Shown here: positions 17,220 to 22,883 of the stretch, piece by piece
Layout of the letters: each line of letters starts with the position of its first letter
How positions within the stretch are numbered: the stretch's first letter is position 1
NCBI GenBank assembly: GCA_041695225.1
Contig: JBGFRI010000041.1
Coordinates: 1-22,883 of the forward strand
Reading direction: 5' to 3'
Origin: Deinococcota bacterium
GTDB lineage: Bacteria > Deinococcota > Deinococci > Deinococcales > Thermaceae
DNA length: 22,883 nt
The notes under the pieces: generated by a model
What the model saw: the letters and a program-made list of their open reading frames with translations, nothing else
What the model was told of the DNA's origin: nothing
Database searches by the model: none
Program-made: the position numbers and the translations under genes

Positions 17220-17354
17220 GGGTGAAACGGTTTAGCCCGCAACTCCTCGTCCCCTTCCGAACTTCAATTTCGATAGCCGCCTGGCCAGATGCACATCCCC
17301 CCCAAAAAGCCCGCCGAAACTGCTACAATTTCACCAGTTTCCAAGGAGGCCCGT

Positions 17355-18116
17355 ATGAGAACAATTTTACCTGTAGCCCTGGCCATCCTCTTCTCTGCCA
17401 CTGCCCTGGCCAACCCATTGCTGACCACCGAGTTCTGGCGAACCGCAACCCCAGCCAGCCTGGAACAGGCCATTAGAGCTGGAGCCCAGGTGAATGCACG
17501 GGATCAGGATGGTTTGACGCCGCTTCACTTTGCTGCGGCCACCAGCCCCGCGGTCATCCAGACCCTGGTCCGGCTGGGTGCTCAGGTGAATGCACGAACT
17601 CAGCTTGGCTGGACACCGCTTCATCTTACGGCGGGATTCAGCACCAGCCCGGCCATCGTTGAGGCTCTGGTCCGGCTGGGGGCAGAGGTGAATGCGCGGG
17701 ACCAGAATGGTCAGACACCGCTTCACGCGGCTGCTGGGTCAATCATTGAGTCCAATCCGGCAATCGTCGAAACCCTTGTCCGGCTGGGGGCAGAGGTGAA
17801 TGCGCGGAACCAGACTGGTAAAACACCGCTTCACTTTGCTGTTGTGTCCAACTTTTCCAGCCCCAACCCCGCCACCGTCGAGACCCTGGTCCGGCTGGGG
17901 GCAGAGGTGAATGCGCGGGATCAGGGTGGCTGGACGCCGCTTCACGTCGCTGCCTGGTGGGGAACAAACTCCGATGTGCTTTTGAAACTGCTCGAGCTGG
18001 GTGCCGACCCCAGAGCACGCACCTTGGCGGGCGAAACTGCCTGGGATCTCATTCAGGAAAACGAGGCACTGAGGAACACCCCGGCCTTTTGGAGGCTAAA
18101 CGATCTGCGGTTCTAG
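17355..18116 (+). CDS. Secreted ankyrin-repeat protein (5 repeats), paralog of 15753..17219
   Basis: Near-identical signal peptide, N-cap and C-cap (LRNTPAFWRLNDLRF). Start 17355 chosen from RBS and paralogy. Confidence 0.95.
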   Translation: MRTILPVALAILFSATALANPLLTTEFWRTATPASLEQAIRAGAQVNARDQDGLTPLHFAAATSPAVIQTLVRLGAQVNARTQLGWTPLHLTAGFSTSPAIVEALVRLGAEVNARDQNGQTPLHAAAGSIIESNPAIVETLVRLGAEVNARNQTGKTPLHFAVVSNFSSPNPATVETLVRLGAEVNARDQGGWTPLHVAAWWGTNSDVLLKLLELGADPRARTLAGETAWDLIQENEALRNTPAFWRLNDLRF

Positions 18117-18691
18117 CGGTGCAGGCGCTTGCGCTGGGCGATGTTCAGGCCGCGGATGACCACCATCAGGCTGACCAGTAGCAACGCCCAGAAACCGGCC
18201 CCGGTGGGCCACAAGACAATTAGTGCATAGAGGTAGCCAAAGGCTGCCCCTACCGGGATGGGATACCAGCTTTTGGGGTGATTTCTCCAGTACACCAGCC
18301 AGTAGACCGCCGCCAAACCCAGGCCAATTGCAACTGCCGCCAGCACGCTGCCGGGGTACAGAAAACCAAAAAAGCCTATTGTTGGGGCAATTCCGCCTCC
18401 GCCGCGAAAGCCAAAATAAACCGGCCAGTTGTGGCCTGCTACCACCGCTGCGCCCATCAGCGGCATGGCCCAGACGGCCTGGGCAAACAGGCTCAGGTAG
18501 GCCACCAGAACACCCTTGAGCACATCGGCCAGCACCACCGCAATGCCCCAGCCGGCCCCCAGTTGGCGGAAGGTTCCACTACCGCCAGGTGTATCCCGGT
18601 CGGCCAGGTTGAAGCCTTTGATCCGGCCAGCAATTTGCCCAAAGGTTAGCGAGCCCACAAGGTAAGCAGCCAGTACCAGGAGTATGTCCAT
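18113..18691 (-). CDS. plsY: PlsY-family glycerol-3-phosphate acyltransferase paralog (divergent)
   Basis: AYLVGS, DVLKG and GHNWPVYFGFRGGGG motifs; multi-TM; catalytic motifs are degenerate. Confidence 0.8.
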   Translation of the reverse strand: MDILLVLAAYLVGSLTFGQIAGRIKGFNLADRDTPGGSGTFRQLGAGWGIAVVLADVLKGVLVAYLSLFAQAVWAMPLMGAAVVAGHNWPVYFGFRGGGGIAPTIGFFGFLYPGSVLAAVAIGLGLAAVYWLVYWRNHPKSWYPIPVGAAFGYLYALIVLWPTGAGFWALLLVSLMVVIRGLNIAQRKRLHR

Positions 18692-18719
18692 AGTCGTTCA
18701 GCCCTTATGGTACCGCGAT

Positions 18720-19087
18720 GACATCGGAAAAGTTTGCCGGCTTCACACTGAACCCTTCGGTAACCCTTCGACTACGCTCAGGGCAGGCTCCTTCGACTAC
18801 GCTCAGGGCAGGCTCAAGACCACACTGAGGGGTTTGATGCGCTGTGCTGTCTGAATGTGGTGGACTTAAGCGCATTAGATTCTTCGGCCTGGCGGCCTCA
18901 GAATGACACTTCGATAATTTGGTCTGTGTGCGAGAGGTAATGCCAGGTTTTTGAGATAGGCGCCTGGTAAGGTGTTAACCTTACTATCGTGAAATCAGAA
19001 GGGTGTGTATGTGTCACCCTGAACCCTTCGACAAGCTCAGGGCAGGCTCCTTCGACTTCGCTCAGGGCAAGACTCAGGGCAGGCTCC
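18720..19087 (+). repeat. Second MITE/REP-like cluster with nested 25-bp CCTTCGACTACGCTCAGGGCAGGCT units
   Basis: Same full-plus-partial layout as 14553..14829; tandem 25-mers at 18765..18814 and variants at 19025..19087. Confidence 0.85.
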
Positions 19088-19088
19088 A

Positions 19089-19185
19089 GGCTGAAAGCTG
19101 AGGGCCGAAAGCTGCAAGCTAAAAAGCGGCGGTTGCCCTGGGCTTTGGGCCTTCGACCTTCGGCGGCGCGTCATAGACGCGCAAC
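19089..19185. repeat. Inverted heptamer arrays plus the palindrome GCGCGTC-ATA-GACGCGC
   Basis: GCTGAAA GCTGAGG GCCGAAA ... GGCTTTG GGCCTTC GACCTTC; 19164..19185 is the exact reverse complement of 21584..21605. Confidence 0.75.
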
Positions 19186-19365
19186 ACGTCGGCCAGACGC
19201 CCTTGGTGGGATGTTAGGGGCGGTCCGGGCATGACGGGCTCTGTTTTCACTGCGCCAGGCTCGAGACTGGCCTTTCCTGGCCGGGTCTGTAAAGTGGCCA
19301 GGATGGTGTGATAGACTACCCCTGCTTCGCAGAAAACGCGCCTTTCAGGCAAAAAGGAACGTACT

Positions 19366-20394
19366 GTGTCCAAGCGTAAACCCACCATCCACGAAGTCGC
19401 TCACCTGGCCAAGGTTGGCATCGGTACCGTGAGCCGCGTGCTCAACAATCACCCCTCGGTGCGACCAGAGACCCGCAGCCGGGTGCTATCGGCAATGGCT
19501 AGCCTTGGCTACAGCCCCAACCCTCATGCCCGCCGGGTGGCCGGCGGCAAGAGTTACACCGTCTCGCTGGTGCTGCCGGTTGCCTCTACGGAGTTCTACA
19601 GCCGCCTGCTGGAGGGCATTGAGCATATTCTGGCAGAAGAACATTACGAGATTGCTCTGTTTCCCATTCTTTCTCCGAGCCGTTTGGAGCGCTATCTGGA
19701 GAGCCGCTCGCTGGCCTACCAGACCGATGGGATGCTGGTCTCGTCGCAAGGTCTCGCCCTGTTTCTACCCGACCAGAGGTTCCCTACCGAGCGGCCGGTG
19801 GTGCTGGTGGATGCCTACAGCCCACACTACGACTCAGCTTTTATGGACAACCGCCTGGGCGGACAGATGGCAGCCCAGCATCTGGCCCCGTTTCCCGGCG
19901 CCATGTTTGCCATCCTGGTGCAAGAAGAACTCGATGTGGTATTCAAGAACACCGTGGGGCTCGAGCGCATCGAGGGTTTTCGCGAAGGTCTGCTGATAGC
20001 CGGCAGATCTTTGCCCGACTCCCAGATATTCGTTACGCGCTTTTCTGTGGAAGGTGGTCGGCTGGCGCTGCAACACTTCATGCGCCTGGCCAGGCCCCCA
20101 TACAACATCTTCGCCGGCGCCGACCTGCTGGCTCTGGGGGTACTGGAAGAAGCGGAGCGACAGGGCCTTGCGGTTGGCTCCGAAGTGCGCCTGCTGGGTT
20201 TTGACGGACATCCGTGGACAGCGGCCAGGGGCCTGTCTACCCTGGCCCAACCAGTCGAGGAGATGGGCGCCGAGGCTGCCCGGTTACTGATGGATCGCAT
20301 TCGCGGCTACCGGGGCAGCCCCAGGGCCAGGCGCTTCGAGCCCAGTCTTTTGGTGCGTCAGTCTACCCAGCCTCGCGGCGTATATGCAGACTGA
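19366..20394 (+). CDS. LacI-family transcriptional regulator
   Basis: TIHEVAHLAKVGIGTVSRVLN HTH, LGYSPNPHAR hinge, GFDG and LSTLAQP in the ligand-binding domain. Confidence 0.93.
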   Translation: MSKRKPTIHEVAHLAKVGIGTVSRVLNNHPSVRPETRSRVLSAMASLGYSPNPHARRVAGGKSYTVSLVLPVASTEFYSRLLEGIEHILAEEHYEIALFPILSPSRLERYLESRSLAYQTDGMLVSSQGLALFLPDQRFPTERPVVLVDAYSPHYDSAFMDNRLGGQMAAQHLAPFPGAMFAILVQEELDVVFKNTVGLERIEGFREGLLIAGRSLPDSQIFVTRFSVEGGRLALQHFMRLARPPYNIFAGADLLALGVLEEAERQGLAVGSEVRLLGFDGHPWTAARGLSTLAQPVEEMGAEAARLLMDRIRGYRGSPRARRFEPSLLVRQSTQPRGVYAD

Positions 20395-20504
20395 CCAGCC
20401 CAAGCTGTTAGCCAGGTATCCGCTTACACTGCCGGGCAGTGTTAGGATTATGTGTGATGAATGAAGCAACTTCCCCTGCTGGTGCTTTGCGTTACACTCC
20501 CACC

Positions 20505-21662
<1,158 letters not shown>

Positions 21663-21691
21663 CTCTTGACCCTCGACCCTTGGCGTTCAAC

Positions 21692-22504
21692 ATGTACATA
21701 CTCGGAGTTCCCCGCTACGCCAACACCGCGCCTCTGTACCATTTTCTGGATGAGGGCGACGGGATATCCTTCCGCTACGGCGTGCCCACTAAACTAAACC
21801 AGTGGCTCCTGGATGGCTCGGTAGACCTGAGCCTGGTCTCGTCTTACTTCTACCTTCAGAATGCCGACAAACTCAGGCCCCTGCCCGACTTTAGCGTGGC
21901 CGATCTGGGGCCGGTCTACTCGGTCAATCTGTTTCACCGCAAACCCTGGAGCGAGCTTAGGCGCATTGTACTAACCACTGAGAGCGCTACCTCGGTTCGT
22001 CTGCTGCAATACCTCCTGGAAGCCGACGGAATCGAGGCCGAGCTGGTTGCCAGACCGGGCGGCCTGGAACTGCTCAACGGCTACGATGCGGTGTTACTGA
22101 TTGGCGATCGGGCCATCATCTCGTATTTTGGCCTGCTCTCCATTATTCCAGAGTCGGTGCACCAGGTTCCTACCGAGGTGGAGGGCATCCGCATTACCGA
22201 TCTCTCACTGCGGTGGTTCGAGCGGACCAGGCTGCCTTTTGTGTTTGCCCTCTGGGCTACCCGCAAAACTGCCCCTCCCCCGCCGGAGGTAGTGCGTCGG
22301 CTGCGGGTTGCCCGCTCGCTGGGACTGGGTAATCTGGCTGCGGTAGCAGGTACCGAGGCTCAGCGCCTCAACCTGCCCGAACGTCTGATGCAACACTATT
22401 TGTGGAATTTTCGCTATCACCTGGAAGCCCCTGACCGGCTGGGCTTGCAGGCGTTTGCCAGGGCCTGTAAGCTGGCATATCCTGACGATTATTGGGACGT
22501 ATAG
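21692..22504 (+). CDS. mqnA: Chorismate dehydratase (futalosine pathway)
   Basis: YANTAPL, GPVYSVNL, ESATSV, LLIGDRA and LPFVFALW motifs. ATG at 21692 chosen because the upstream TTG extension is heptamer repeat. Confidence 0.9.
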   Translation: MYILGVPRYANTAPLYHFLDEGDGISFRYGVPTKLNQWLLDGSVDLSLVSSYFYLQNADKLRPLPDFSVADLGPVYSVNLFHRKPWSELRRIVLTTESATSVRLLQYLLEADGIEAELVARPGGLELLNGYDAVLLIGDRAIISYFGLLSIIPESVHQVPTEVEGIRITDLSLRWFERTRLPFVFALWATRKTAPPPPEVVRRLRVARSLGLGNLAAVAGTEAQRLNLPERLMQHYLWNFRYHLEAPDRLGLQAFARACKLAYPDDYWDV

Positions 22505-22762
22505 GCATCTTTTCGGGGTTCCTGCCAAATGCCGTAAGCCTAAACACACTGCTCGATGTCGCTGCATAGAACAACCTGGGTTCCAAGGCCAGGGCGGTTT
22601 GGCGATGGCGCCGGGAGTGCCCAGGGAATCGCCAAATACACCAGTCGAGCTTATTACTACAGGACTGCATCTGCCTTATGACTTGCCAGAATTACTACGA
22701 AACCAAGTTGGTCGCTGAACTGCCATCTCGAGTATGTCGAGGGTCGAGGGTCAGAAGTTAGT

Positions 22763-22883
22763 CCGAAGTTACCCCCGTAACGGAGGCTGCGACCCGCGAA
22801 AAAGCCTGTCTACCAGGCAGTTCGAGCATCGATGCGCTGTACAAAGTGTTGCCATGTAATCATGAGACATACCACTTGCAATG
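22763..22883 (+). mobile_element. Terminal portion of the same multicopy element as 1..116, running off the window
   Basis: CCGAAGTTACCCCCGTAACGG... is the exact reverse complement of 1..116. The window ends in ATG, which could be a transposase start but cannot be verified. Confidence 0.65.

Noticed and set aside
15890..17960. Regular repeats with variable intervening sequence resembling a CRISPR array or DGR
   Set aside because: The period is an in-frame 102 bp coding ankyrin repeats. There are no cas or reverse transcriptase genes, and variation is not adenine-restricted.
22505..22736. Short ORFs downstream of mqnA
   Set aside because: No RBS or recognisable protein similarity.

Overview
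A 22.9-kb GC-rich bacterial chromosomal segment. Protein style, leaderless -10 boxes and the futalosine genes suggest Deinococcota (Meiothermus/Thermus-like); this is inference. Both ends carry the same 116-bp sequence in inverted orientation, probably the end of a multicopy IS at which the assembly broke. Housekeeping genes are rnr, a class III aminotransferase, a thioesterase, glmM, a B12-binding mutase subunit, an AhpD-like peroxidase, an ABC-F ATPase, a LacI regulator, mqnE and mqnA. Two accessory modules stand out. (1) At the left, a more AT-rich redox cluster: a pentaheme all-CxxCH cytochrome c with an NrfA/OcwA-like C-terminus, two paralogous His-conserved 4-TM proteins and a secreted DOMON protein. 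(2) Between two MITE/REP-like repeat clusters: a secreted poly-Asp protein, two secreted DARPin-like ankyrin paralogs with conserved caps and shuffled, hypervariable internal repeats, and a degenerate PlsY. Also present are an unannotated trmFO remnant, a DHFR/RibD_C gene fragment, a VKOR lacking its loop cysteines, and heptamer repeats inserted in frame into core genes. All family calls come from motif recognition; no searches were run.
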